Assembly (NCBI GenBank): GCA_007695285.1
Contig: REEC01000123.1
Coordinates: 3,351-67,350, forward strand
Source of the DNA: Spirochaetaceae bacterium
GTDB lineage: Bacteria > Spirochaetota > Spirochaetia > DSM-27196 > PXBQ01
Direction: 5' to 3'
DNA length: 64,000 bases
A program made the position numbers and the translations under genes. Of this stretch, positions 7,709-17,193 are shown one piece after another (the first letter of the stretch is position 1; each line of letters starts with the position of its first letter). A model generated the notes under the pieces. That model was not told where the DNA came from. It did not search any database and was given only the letters and a program-made list of their open reading frames with translations.

Positions 7709-9211
7709 ATGAGATATCGGGGAAAAAAGACGTCGTCGGTGCGAAGCACCGTCACGAACGTGGCGTGCATCGTATTTGCCGTGATTATGGCGGCACTACC
7801 TTTCGCGAACGCCGCCGCGCAGGAGGTCGGAATTACGCAGGTCGACACGTCGCGTCTTTTGACGCGGCAGGAAGTCTCTCTGTACGTCGACGTCTCCGAT
7901 GAGTTCGGAGCGCCGATCGAAGGCCTCACGATCGATCAGTTCAGGATTCGCGAGTCCTCCGACGACGGGCTGACGTTCGCGGAGACGCGTCTCACGGGGT
8001 TCACCGCGCGCGCCGCGGAGGTCGACGGGATCACGTTCTATCTTGTCGTCGATAACTCCGGGAGCATGTACCGCACGATCGACGGACGCCGGACGGACGA
8101 TACGGATGAAATGCGGATCTCGTTCGTGCGCGACGCGATTCGGACGTTCCTGCGGTCGGTCGACGGACCACGCGACGCGGTGGGACTCGCGGAGTTCAAC
8201 ACGCGCTACACTCTCCACTCCGAACCGACCCGTGATACGGAGCTTCTCGAACGGACTCTCGACCAGATCACGTATCCCGCGCCCGGTGACGAGTACACCG
8301 AGCTGCACGCGGCGATCATCCGGACCGCGGAGAAGATCACAGCGGAGATCGAAAGTGACGACGCGTCGCGCAGCGACGTTCCCGGCAGACGCGCGATAAT
8401 CCTGCTCTCCGACGGTGAAGACTTCCCGTTCATCCGAGGCGAACGTCGCCCGCATCCGGAGTACGGTGAGAGAATTTTTACAGCCGACGAGTCGATCGAG
8501 GCCCTCCGGCACGCGGGGGTCTCGCTGTACGTGATCCGCTTCGGAGACGAAAAAGACCAGAGCGTTGACCGGATCACGGCCGAGTCGGGCGGGCGCGTGT
8601 ACGATGCGGGAGACGGAGGTGAGCTCACCGACGTGTACCTCGATATCAGAGAACGTGTCTTGCGCGAGTACCGGATCACGTACCGAGCGACGATGAGCCC
8701 GGCCGAGCGACGCATTCTCGAGATCGAACTCACGCGAGACGGGCGTTCGGTGACAGGGCGGCGGACGTACTTTGCCGGAACGCTTCTCGGCCTGCCCGGC
8801 TCAACACCGACGATCTACCTTCTGATCGCGCTCGCGCTCGCGCTCGTGCTGTGGTACGTCGTGTCGCGTTTGCGGTTTGCGAACTCCGCGAACACGGCAA
8901 ATCTCGAGGTGTTGGCAGGAGGCGCGACGAAGGTGTTCCCGATTACCGGACAGAAGACCGTGATCGGCTCGAGCAACGACGACGACCTCACGATTACAGG
9001 AGCGCCGAATCTCTCATCGGGTCACGCGACTATCGTGCACGACGAGAAACGACAGGAGTACACCGTCGTGAGCGATGCACCGTTCAAAATAAACAACCGA
9101 CGCGTAGAGAAAGGGCACAAGCTCTCACCCGGTGACGTCATCAACGTCGACGGAACACTGATCGTGTTCGACGAACCCGTCGATCCCAAACCCAAACGTC
9201 CGAAGCAGTAG
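7709..9211 (+). CDS. secreted vWA domain - TM - FHA domain protein
   Basis: Signal peptide. MIDAS motif in FYLVVDNSGSM. TM segment IYLLIALALALVLWYVV. C-terminal FHA (VIGSSNDDDLTI...GHATIV...INNRRV...GDVINVDGTLIVF). ATG 7709 follows AAGGTGGGG. Confidence 0.85.
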   Translation: MRYRGKKTSSVRSTVTNVACIVFAVIMAALPFANAAAQEVGITQVDTSRLLTRQEVSLYVDVSDEFGAPIEGLTIDQFRIRESSDDGLTFAETRLTGFTARAAEVDGITFYLVVDNSGSMYRTIDGRRTDDTDEMRISFVRDAIRTFLRSVDGPRDAVGLAEFNTRYTLHSEPTRDTELLERTLDQITYPAPGDEYTELHAAIIRTAEKITAEIESDDASRSDVPGRRAIILLSDGEDFPFIRGERRPHPEYGERIFTADESIEALRHAGVSLYVIRFGDEKDQSVDRITAESGGRVYDAGDGGELTDVYLDIRERVLREYRITYRATMSPAERRILEIELTRDGRSVTGRRTYFAGTLLGLPGSTPTIYLLIALALALVLWYVVSRLRFANSANTANLEVLAGGATKVFPITGQKTVIGSSNDDDLTITGAPNLSSGHATIVHDEKRQEYTVVSDAPFKINNRRVEKGHKLSPGDVINVDGTLIVFDEPVDPKPKRPKQ

Positions 9212-9361
9212 TACTCGGCGTTGGGGTCCGCCACGCCCCCGGCAGGTTTGGGTTCACCGGTGAGTTCGGAGTCACCGTTGACGGCGTCGAGAACAATAAG
9301 GTACCATTTGTCTTCACTCACAGAATTTCCAACGGAAATCCACACCGAAAAGGAGCATGAC

Positions 9362-10084
9362 ATGAGCCAAAAGGCATTGATCGTATGGGGCGGATGGGAT
9401 GGCCACGAGCCGAAACTCGTAGGCGAGCGATTCGACGCCGTGTTGCGTAAGGAAGGATTCGAGGTCGAAGTATCCAACAGCCTCGATAGTTTTCTCGATC
9501 TCGAGAAGCTCATGGGACTCGACCTCATCGTCCCGGTCTGGACGATGGGCGAAATCACGAAGGAACAGACCGAGCCGGTAATCGAAGCGGTCGCATCGGG
9601 CGTCGGTTTGGCGGGATGCCATGGCGGGATGTGCGATTCGTTCCGGAACTCGGTTCAGTGGCAGTTTATGACGGGTGGCAACTGGGTCGCGCACCCCGGC
9701 GGCGACGGCGTCGAGTATCGCGTCGAGATCAAAAACTCGTCGAGTCCGCTCGTCGAAGGGATTTCCGACTTCACGGTCAAGTCGGAGCAGTATTATCTGC
9801 ACGTCGACCCGGCGGTTGAGGTCCTCGCGACGACCCGCTTCCCTGAAGTGACGTGGTTTCACTCGACGAACCGAAAAGTCGACATGCCGGTCGTCTGGAC
9901 GAAGCGCTGGGGCCACGGACGTGTGTACTACAACTCGCTCGGTCACCACAACGACATCTTTGACGGCCCCGAGGCACTCGAGCTGATGCGCAGAGGACTG
10001 CTCTGGGCCGCGGAAGGTCGCGCGATCGCACGCAAGGACGGCCTCACCTCGGACGAGTTCAAAAGCGAAAAGAAGATGTTTTAG
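9362..10084 (+). CDS. ThuA domain-containing protein
   Basis: MSQKALIVWGGWDGHEP... and ...YNSLGHH are typical of the ThuA family. AAAGGAG SD before ATG 9362. The longer ORF from 9221 is unlikely. Confidence 0.8.
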   Translation: MSQKALIVWGGWDGHEPKLVGERFDAVLRKEGFEVEVSNSLDSFLDLEKLMGLDLIVPVWTMGEITKEQTEPVIEAVASGVGLAGCHGGMCDSFRNSVQWQFMTGGNWVAHPGGDGVEYRVEIKNSSSPLVEGISDFTVKSEQYYLHVDPAVEVLATTRFPEVTWFHSTNRKVDMPVVWTKRWGHGRVYYNSLGHHNDIFDGPEALELMRRGLLWAAEGRAIARKDGLTSDEFKSEKKMF

Positions 10085-10097
10085 GGGCTGGGAAACA

Positions 10098-11186
10098 ATG
10101 AAAAAACTGAAGGTCGGAATCGTCGGAATCGGCAAAATCAGCGGAATCTACTTGGAAAACCTTACGGGAATGTTTTCGGACGCCGTCGAGGTCACCGCGC
10201 TCGCGGATCTCGTCCCCGAGCGCGCGACCGAAGCTGCCGAGAAGTACGGTATTCCCGAGGCACTATCGGTCGAGAAACTCGTAGCGAGTGGGAACGTCGA
10301 GCTCGTACTCAACCTCACGATACCGAACGCACACTTTGACGTGTGCATGAAGGCGGTTGAAGCCGGGAAGCACACGTACGTCGAGAAACCGCTCTGCATC
10401 ACGCGCGAGGAAGCCACACGGCTGCTCGAGACTGCGGAGAAGCGCGGGGTACGCGTCGGATGCGCGCCGGATACATTCCTCGGGGCCGGAATTCAGACAT
10501 GCCGGAAATTGATCGATGACGGCTGGATCGGGACTCCGGTCGCCGCAACGGCGTTCATGATGGGGCACGGACACGAAAGCTGGCACCCAGACCCCGAGTT
10601 TTACTACAAAGTCGGTGGCGGTCCGATGTTCGACATGGGGCCGTACTACCTCACCGCGCTCGTGAACCTCATGGGTCCGGTCGCACGGTTGAGCGGCTCG
10701 GCGAAGAAAACATTCGAGACACGGCTCATCACGAGCGAACCGAAAAAAGGCACCGTGATAGACGTCGACGTTCCGACTCACGTCGTCGGCGTTATGGACT
10801 TCGCATCGGGAGCGGTCGGCACGATCATCACGAGCTTCGATATCTGGGGGCACACGCTGCCACGGATCGAGATCTACGGCACCGAAGGCTCGCTCAGCGT
10901 GCCCGACCCGAACACGTTCGGGGGTCCGATCAAGGTGCGCCGTTCGAGCGCGCCGGAGTGGTCAGATATCCCTCTCGCGTACGGCTACTCGGAGAACAGC
11001 CGGGGCCTCGGCGTCGCTGATATCGCGCGTGCCGTCGCCGGAAATACGGACCACCGAGCGTCAGGAAAGCTCGCGTATCACGTACTCGAGCTCATGCACG
11101 GGTTCCACGACGCGTCGAGCTCCGGGACGTACTACGCGGTGCAGAGCACGTGCGATCGCCCCGAGGCGCTGCCGATGACACGGTAG
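10098..11186 (+). CDS. Gfo/Idh/MocA family oxidoreductase (ThuB-like partner)
   Basis: N-terminal Rossmann signature KVGIVGIGKISG and family-typical EKP motif (YVEKPL). Adjacent to the ThuA gene. Confidence 0.85.
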   Translation: MKKLKVGIVGIGKISGIYLENLTGMFSDAVEVTALADLVPERATEAAEKYGIPEALSVEKLVASGNVELVLNLTIPNAHFDVCMKAVEAGKHTYVEKPLCITREEATRLLETAEKRGVRVGCAPDTFLGAGIQTCRKLIDDGWIGTPVAATAFMMGHGHESWHPDPEFYYKVGGGPMFDMGPYYLTALVNLMGPVARLSGSAKKTFETRLITSEPKKGTVIDVDVPTHVVGVMDFASGAVGTIITSFDIWGHTLPRIEIYGTEGSLSVPDPNTFGGPIKVRRSSAPEWSDIPLAYGYSENSRGLGVADIARAVAGNTDHRASGKLAYHVLELMHGFHDASSSGTYYAVQSTCDRPEALPMTR

Positions 11187-11226
11187 CCTATCCGCCGATC
11201 CACCGCAGCAGAACGAGGAGGACGAG

Positions 11227-12240
11227 ATGAAGTACACGAGACTCGGTTTCACGGGTTTGAAAGTATCTGAAATCTGTCTGGGGACGATGACGTTCGGTCA
11301 GACGACCGACGAAGCAGACGCGCAGAAAATGGTCGACCTCGCGTGGGACAAGGGGATCAACTTCTTCGACACGGCCGACACGTACGGCGGGGGCCGTTCC
11401 GAGCAGATCCTCGGCGCGGCGCTCGGTGCGCGTCGGAAAGACGCGGTGGTTGCGACAAAATTCTTCAACCCGACCGGAACCGGGATCAACCAGTCCGGAG
11501 TGTCGCGGGCGCATATCCTCGACGCGATCGACGCGAGCCTCAGCCGACTCAAAACCGAGTACATCGACGTGTACTACGTCCACCATCTCGACATAGAAAC
11601 GACGACCGAAGAGATGCTGCGCGCACTCGACGACCTCGTCCGGTGTGGGAAGGTCCGGTACATCGCGTGCAGCAACTACCCCGCGTGGCGGCTCTGCGAC
11701 GCGATCTGGATCAGTCGGACGCAGAACCTCGAACGGTTTGCGTGCTACCAGGCGCAGTACAGCCTTGTCGTACGCGACATCGAGCAAGAGCTTGTGCCGC
11801 TCTGCGTCGATAAAGACCTCGGAATCGTCGCGTGGTCACCGCTTGCAGGCGGCTTTCTGAGCGGAAAGTACAAACCCGGATCTCGAACGGCGCCGGGCGC
11901 GCGTTCGGAGAAGGGTTGGGTCTGGCCGGAGAAACTCTTTCCACCGACGGCGGATCAAACGGTCGAGAAGCTTCTGAAGGTTTCGGCGGAAATCGACCGA
12001 ACGCCGGCTCAGGTCGCGCTCAGGTGGGCAGCCGAACAAAGCGGCGTCGCATCGGTGATCGTCGGAGCACGAACAATAGAGCAGCTCACGGACAATCTCG
12101 GAGCCGCCGGATGGGCACTACCGGAGACCGTCGAGAAAGATCTCTCGGCGGTCTCGCGCCTACCAGACCGGTACCCCGCGTCGCTCGAGAACTCGATGGT
12201 CGAGCGCCGCGCGGCCGCCGTGAGCATGCCGCCTGGATAG
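11227..12240 (+). CDS. aldo/keto reductase
   Basis: MKYTRLGFTGLKVSEICLGTMTFG... and DTADTYGGG... fit the AKR family pattern. Confidence 0.85.
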   Translation: MKYTRLGFTGLKVSEICLGTMTFGQTTDEADAQKMVDLAWDKGINFFDTADTYGGGRSEQILGAALGARRKDAVVATKFFNPTGTGINQSGVSRAHILDAIDASLSRLKTEYIDVYYVHHLDIETTTEEMLRALDDLVRCGKVRYIACSNYPAWRLCDAIWISRTQNLERFACYQAQYSLVVRDIEQELVPLCVDKDLGIVAWSPLAGGFLSGKYKPGSRTAPGARSEKGWVWPEKLFPPTADQTVEKLLKVSAEIDRTPAQVALRWAAEQSGVASVIVGARTIEQLTDNLGAAGWALPETVEKDLSAVSRLPDRYPASLENSMVERRAAAVSMPPG

Positions 12241-12290
12241 CCCAGCCAAAAAACCGGCGAACTCAGTGGGTGATAGTTTCTGTTTCGATT

Positions 12291-12335
12291 GTGTCGGTTG
12301 CTTCCGGCAACCGGACACCGGCAGTCGGCGTCCGG
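12291..12335. terminator. two adjacent GC-rich hairpins between convergent genes (possible bidirectional terminator)
   Basis: Arms GTGTCGGTTGC/GCAACCGGACAC (one bulge) and CCGGACACCG/CGGCGTCCGG (one mismatch). No U-tract on either strand. Confidence 0.3.
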
Positions 12336-12342
12336 TTATCGG

Positions 12343-12870
12343 TTAGACAAAAATGCGCGGTGAGTAGTTGCGGAGGTTTGAGTCGTACTCGGTCTTCGAA
12401 CGGTCCATATTCCTTGAGATTACCTCCGCGCGGTGAACCTGACGCTTCCAGACGCGCGCCAAACCGCGAAACGGGATCGCCGAGAAAAACCGCGTGAACG
12501 CGTTGCCGTACCGGAGTGCAAAACTGTCGGCAGCTTCATCGGGACCAACGTCGAATCGACGTTCTTTGAGGTAGTACCAGTGGTCGGAAGCCTCGAGGTA
12601 CAAGTCGCCGACCGTTTTGTCCGGAAACGCCTTCTTGATCTCACCTTTGTCGAGCGCAGTCGTGAGCGGTGTCAAAACCGTTGCGTTCCACGACGCGACC
12701 GCTTCGTCCCACGCGTGATTGGCGTGTCGCTCGGTATCGAGCAAGTACTTGTGAACGGAGACGTGTTCGTGCACGCGGCTCTGCGCGTCGGCGCGCGAGA
12801 ACGCAATCCCCAACCTTTCGAGTACTTCGAGTGTAGTCTCTACACGTTCTTTTGTTTGAAAAGTATTCAT
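12343..12870 (-). CDS. hypothetical protein (two H[KW]Y-L motifs, possibly DUF4032-like)
   Basis: 175-aa ORF with a GGGGAG SD. Motifs VHKYLLDTE and DHWYYLKERRFDVG. The family assignment is tentative. Confidence 0.55.
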   Translation of the reverse strand: MNTFQTKERVETTLEVLERLGIAFSRADAQSRVHEHVSVHKYLLDTERHANHAWDEAVASWNATVLTPLTTALDKGEIKKAFPDKTVGDLYLEASDHWYYLKERRFDVGPDEAADSFALRYGNAFTRFFSAIPFRGLARVWKRQVHRAEVISRNMDRSKTEYDSNLRNYSPRIFV

Positions 12871-12959
12871 CCTATTTTTCTCCCCTATATATGAGCGGAA
12901 ATATTACGATTCAGGGAGCAAACGGCAAATCGCCGCCGCCGGCGGGCCGCTACTTCTGA

Positions 12960-12988
12960 TTGCGTGCGGTCGCGTAAATTGATACTGT
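12960..12988 (+). promoter_or_regulatory. candidate sigma-70-type promoter (TTGCGT-17-TACTGT)
   Basis: Hexamer match only, about 50 nt upstream of the PAP2 gene start. Confidence 0.25.
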
Positions 12989-13038
12989 TGCGTGATTCCG
13001 AAGAATCGAAAAACCGCAACACGAGGGACGGAGTGACG

Positions 13039-13596
13039 ATGACGACGCTATACCGGAAGCTCACTGCCGTCGACCGACGGGTCTCGCGTCGACTCAGGCT
13101 TGAAACACAGTCGGGCGGCCGCTGGATCGCCGCGGTCATCTTCGCGCACTCGGGAGACACGATCCTCTGGACGGTCGGGACAATCGTGGTGCTGGTATCC
13201 GGCGGTGCGATATGGCGCTATCGCGCGGCGGTGATCTTGGTCGGGCTGATCGTTCAGACCGTCGCGGTGCCGCTCCTGAAGTTGACGGTCCGTCGAAAAC
13301 GCCCGGCGGGCACGTGGGGTGGCGTGTACCGGCGGTTTGATCCACACTCGTTCCCGTCCGGACACGCCGCGCGGGCGGGCATGCTCGCGATCGTAACGTG
13401 GCTCACGGGCCCGGTGTGGCTCGCCGTTCTTGTTCTCGCGTGGGCACCAGTCGTCGCGACGGCGCGAATAGCCACCGGTGTTCATTACTTCTCGGATGTG
13501 ATCGCAGGACTTGCGCTCGGAATCACGATCGGCGTCGCGGTCGTCCTCGCCGAACCCCGGCTCTCGGAGCTGCTACTGCAGTTGCTGTCGTTCTGA
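13039..13596 (+). CDS. PAP2-family phosphatase (membrane)
   Basis: The three PAP2 motifs are present: KLTVRRKRP, PSGH, and ARIATGVHYFSDV. ATG 13039 follows GGAG. Confidence 0.85.
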   Translation: MTTLYRKLTAVDRRVSRRLRLETQSGGRWIAAVIFAHSGDTILWTVGTIVVLVSGGAIWRYRAAVILVGLIVQTVAVPLLKLTVRRKRPAGTWGGVYRRFDPHSFPSGHAARAGMLAIVTWLTGPVWLAVLVLAWAPVVATARIATGVHYFSDVIAGLALGITIGVAVVLAEPRLSELLLQLLSF

Positions 13597-13652
13597 GGCC
13601 TTCATGAAGCTTGACTCCGATCGTCATAAGACGTATCATACCGGTGCCTAAT

Positions 13653-13726
13653 GGGGGTGTAGCTCAGTTGGCTAGAGTACTTGAATGGCATTCAAGGGGT
13701 CACGGGTTCGACTCCCGTCACCTCCA
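13653..13726 (+). tRNA. tRNA-Ala (anticodon GGC)
   Basis: Cloverleaf folded by hand. Acceptor GGGGGTG/CACCTCC with the G3:U70 alanine identity pair. Anticodon loop ATGGCAT. T-loop TTCGACT. Discriminator A. CCA is not encoded. Confidence 0.9.
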
Positions 13727-13795
13727 GTAACCATTTGGCGAGATGACGCCGCTCGGTTTTCCGACCGAAGGCGTCGGGTAAAACACACAAGACCG

Positions 13796-15436
13796 ATGAG
13801 TATGAGTTCAGAGCGGGACAGCGACAACCTCTTCACGGGCGAGATTGACCCCGACGTCGCGGAACTCATCGGCTCCGACAACGAGGACGGCGTTCCCGAG
13901 TTCGACGATCTTTTCGGCGACGACGGCGACGCCGCCGATCTCGAGGAACTCGATACCACCGTTCAGAGCTTCACCGCGCCGGAGAAAACCGAAGAGCAGG
14001 TCAAGCCGTTCTTCACCGACAAAGAGTACTACAAAAAAGTTCTGACCGACGAGGGAGCGATCGCATCGCGAGTTCACTCGATCTTCTCGTCGTTCCTCTC
14101 GACGCAAGACCCACAGGAGCGCGCAGACGCACGGTCGCGCTTGGTACCGGCTTTTTGGGAACTCGCTTCCGGCATTGCTGCCAAAGTCGGGTCGCGTATG
14201 CCGATGCCGAAACGTCTGTTTATGCGGTACGGCGTGTTGCTGCCGACCGCGATTTCGGCCGAACAGCGACACCTAATCGCAAAGATCATATTTGAGAACC
14301 AGAGTACCGAACCGATCTACTACGTCGACGAGTGGCTCGAGGCCGTCGCGAACGGTCGCGTCAACCCGTCGGCTACCGATGAGACCAAAGCACCGCAAAA
14401 GAACGACACTCAACGCGTGAACGCGCTGCTCGAGAAAACGCGCGGCCGGTACGACGCCCAAATGACAGTAATCCGCAACCACACGCAGGAGATCGGGTCG
14501 CAGGAATCCACGCTCAAGGAGCGCGTCGAGTTTCTATCGAATCACGACGTTCGGACCGACCTCGAGAACGTCATGGCGCCGTACAACGACGGTCAGAGAA
14601 CCGCCATAGGCGAGATCAACGCGATTATTCGACGACTGGGTATTCTCAATAAGGAACTCACACGCGAGATCGCCGAGCTTGAGAAGATCCAGGAACACCT
14701 TGACGAGCTGAGAGAAAAGGAAGGTGAGGCCGGCCAAAGCTCGAGTATGGACTCGAAACTCAGCGTCACCGAGCTGCAGACGATACGCCAGATGGCGAAA
14801 TTGTGCGTGGGACGTCAAGGAAATCACTTCCCGGTTCTCATGAAACAGTACATGCGAACCAATATCCTTGACGTAACGACGCGCGAGAACCTCATTAATA
14901 CGTTGATTCAGGTCGAGTACCTCGACCCGGAGGTTTTCCTCCGAACGTTCAAACAGCAAACAAACAGAATTATCCCTAACATGATTTTGATCCCGTGTTA
15001 CGGCGACGCGGGGGTGTGCTGGGAGCCGTTTGAGCGTTTCAACCGGGCGACCAGCCGTGGACGGCTCGCGATTCCGATGTATCCGAAGGATGTCCGGACC
15101 GCGGTCGTTGCGGCGCTCGGTGACCTCCGGTGGCAGGTTGCCAAGGAAAAGGCACAGCACTACTGGATGGAGGAAGGGCTGACCGGCTGGTACTACCAAT
15201 GGTTCTCGGACAAGAAAATGAAGGGCGACGTGAAGGACGCGTTCATCCAGGACTATATCCTCTGGATAACAAAAGAGAGCGAAGCGACTCAAAAACTCGA
15301 TCGCGACGTTCGGGGTATCTTCTGGAGGTACATTCCGTTTCCTCAGGACATCAAGGAAAAGCTGAAAAACCGGGGTTTCGTGTATAGCGAGCTCTTCAAG
15401 AAAGACCAGAATCGCGCGATATCCGACGGATATTGA
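13796..15436 (+). CDS. hypothetical protein (acidic N-terminus, central coiled coil)
   Basis: ORF 13685..15436 overlaps the tRNA, so ATG 13796 (MSMSSERD) is used as the start. 547 aa with no motif I recognise. Confidence 0.6.
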   Translation: MSMSSERDSDNLFTGEIDPDVAELIGSDNEDGVPEFDDLFGDDGDAADLEELDTTVQSFTAPEKTEEQVKPFFTDKEYYKKVLTDEGAIASRVHSIFSSFLSTQDPQERADARSRLVPAFWELASGIAAKVGSRMPMPKRLFMRYGVLLPTAISAEQRHLIAKIIFENQSTEPIYYVDEWLEAVANGRVNPSATDETKAPQKNDTQRVNALLEKTRGRYDAQMTVIRNHTQEIGSQESTLKERVEFLSNHDVRTDLENVMAPYNDGQRTAIGEINAIIRRLGILNKELTREIAELEKIQEHLDELREKEGEAGQSSSMDSKLSVTELQTIRQMAKLCVGRQGNHFPVLMKQYMRTNILDVTTRENLINTLIQVEYLDPEVFLRTFKQQTNRIIPNMILIPCYGDAGVCWEPFERFNRATSRGRLAIPMYPKDVRTAVVAALGDLRWQVAKEKAQHYWMEEGLTGWYYQWFSDKKMKGDVKDAFIQDYILWITKESEATQKLDRDVRGIFWRYIPFPQDIKEKLKNRGFVYSELFKKDQNRAISDGY

Positions 15437-15464
15437 GTCGGACGTCTCGTTTTTTTCTTTTTGA

Positions 15465-15740
15465 TTACTTCTTTTTTGTCCGGAAAATCGGGTCGAAGTA
15501 CTTCTCCATCTCGATCTTGTCGGTAAGGTGCTTGATGAGGCGGTTGTAGATGAAGTACGTCGCGACGATCGACCCGACAAAAATCACAAGCAGCGCCATC
15601 GAGTTGACGCCTTCGGACAGGACGGGAGCGAGAAACCGCGCGTACAGAATGAACACGACAAGAAAAAGCACCATCATTATCGCGACGTTCGCAACCGTCG
15701 CACCGAGCACAAAAAGAACCGTGTTGAGTTTCTTATTCAC
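15465..15740 (-). CDS. small two-TM membrane protein
   Basis: 91-aa ORF with two hydrophobic helices. It overlaps the lspA stop by 8 nt. Confidence 0.6.
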   Translation of the reverse strand: MNKKLNTVLFVLGATVANVAIMMVLFLVVFILYARFLAPVLSEGVNSMALLVIFVGSIVATYFIYNRLIKHLTDKIEMEKYFDPIFRTKKK

Positions 15741-16260
15741 GAATCCGTCTCCTTTCCATCACGAACAATGTTACAACCAGAGTGATTCCACCGACAACAA
15801 CGGACGCGTCGGCGACGTTGAACGTCGGCCACCGCTCCATTCCGAACAACCCGTAGATGCGAACGTCGATGAAGTCGACGACACCTTCCGGTCGAAATAC
15901 TCGGTCGATCAGATTGCCCGCACCGCCGCCGAGGATCCCCGCGATCGCCCATCGCTGAGCCGGTGAGAACTCATCGGACCGCCAGTAGTACACGAACAGC
16001 AGAATGAGCACGACGATTGGGATCGCCGCGAACAAAACGGTACGCACCGGATCGGGAAGATCTCGCCCGATGCTGAATGCAATCCCCGGATTCCGGGCGT
16101 GGATGATCCGAAGAAAATCACCGATCACGGGTATTACGTGGCCCGACCGATAAACCGGTTCAACGGCGAACACGATAATGGCCTTGGAAATCTGATCGAT
16201 CACGACTATCGCGATCGAAAGCACGAGCGGTATGATCTTTGGCCTCACGTTTCGTTCCAC
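15733..16260 (-). CDS. lspA: lipoprotein signal peptidase II
   Basis: Family motifs NPGIAFS and FNVADASV. Four TM segments. Confidence 0.9.
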   Translation of the reverse strand: MERNVRPKIIPLVLSIAIVVIDQISKAIIVFAVEPVYRSGHVIPVIGDFLRIIHARNPGIAFSIGRDLPDPVRTVLFAAIPIVVLILLFVYYWRSDEFSPAQRWAIAGILGGGAGNLIDRVFRPEGVVDFIDVRIYGLFGMERWPTFNVADASVVVGGITLVVTLFVMERRRIRE

Positions 16261-16304
16261 TTTTTCATCGGCCCCTCTTGGCTATCAAATCTCGGCCACG
16301 CCGG

Positions 16305-17066
16305 TTAAAACCCGGTCGGCAAATCGACGTACACGGTTTTCAGCCCCGTTTCGCGCGCGAGCCGGTCGGCCGTTCGCCGCACACCCCATGTCTCGGTCAT
16401 ATAATGCCCACCAAACACAACGTTGATGCCGGACTCCATCGCTTGGTGGTAGATCGTGTGACTCGCGTCGCCCGTGATGTACAGATCGAGCCCGTCGGCA
16501 ATCGCTTCCGCGACTTCAAAAGCAGCGCCCCCCGAAACGATCCCAACCGACGTAATCTCGGAGGGTCCGAATCGGAGGACGCCCAGTGTCTCATCGGTAT
16601 GCGTGAAAAGCGTTTCGATGATCCTGTCGAGCAAGACCGGAGCCGGTAAAGAGCCTTTGCAGCCGATCGCCGTGCCTTTGTACGTTCCAAACGGCTCGAT
16701 TTTTTCTAGTCCGAGCGTCTCGGCCATCGACGCGTTGTTCCCGAGTTCCGGGTGTTTGTCCAGCGGCAAATGCACGGCGTACAGCGCAAGGTCGTTCTCG
16801 ATCAGACATCTCATTCGCTCAAAAAAGTAACCGGTCACCGGGATTGGCGCTCCCCAGAACAGGCCGTGGTGAACAAACAGCACCTCAGCGCCCGCTTCGG
16901 ACGCACGGAGAAAAACCTCGCGACACGCGTCCACTGCAAACGCGACAGTCGATACATCGCGGGTGGTGTCCCCGACTTGAATACCGTTCATCGATGAGTC
17001 GATTCGAGCCAAGGGCTCGATCTCGAAAATGGACCGGAAATACGCATCAAGATCGCGTAGCAACAT
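16305..17066 (-). CDS. Nif3-like dinuclear metal centre protein
   Basis: MNGIQVG..., HHGLFWG and C-terminal GHYMTE are typical of the NIF3/YbgI family. Confidence 0.85.
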   Translation of the reverse strand: MLLRDLDAYFRSIFEIEPLARIDSSMNGIQVGDTTRDVSTVAFAVDACREVFLRASEAGAEVLFVHHGLFWGAPIPVTGYFFERMRCLIENDLALYAVHLPLDKHPELGNNASMAETLGLEKIEPFGTYKGTAIGCKGSLPAPVLLDRIIETLFTHTDETLGVLRFGPSEITSVGIVSGGAAFEVAEAIADGLDLYITGDASHTIYHQAMESGINVVFGGHYMTETWGVRRTADRLARETGLKTVYVDLPTGF

Positions 17067-17193
17067 TCGGCCATTATAACGCGCCGGACACGAAGATCAA
17101 GGGCCGAAACGATTTTTGCCGAACCCACTGGTATGCGCGTTCTTTGTGAGCCAACTTGTGGAATGCGCCACCCGAAATCAGTATTATACCCGT

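Noticed and set aside
3702-9211. Kinase/phosphatase/FHA set as a T6SS threonine-phosphorylation pathway
   Set aside because: There are no T6SS structural genes (TssA-M, Hcp, VgrG) in the window. The phosphatase is PPP-like, not PP2C.
13685-13795. 5' extension of the 583-aa ORF across the tRNA-Ala gene
   Set aside because: The extension translates the tRNA sequence itself. An internal ATG at 13796 gives a clean start downstream of the tRNA.
13653-15740. Genomic island or integrated element at tRNA-Ala
   Set aside because: There is no integrase, recombinase or phage gene. I noticed no repeat of the tRNA 3' end downstream. The flanking genes (PAP2, lspA, Nif3) look like core chromosome.
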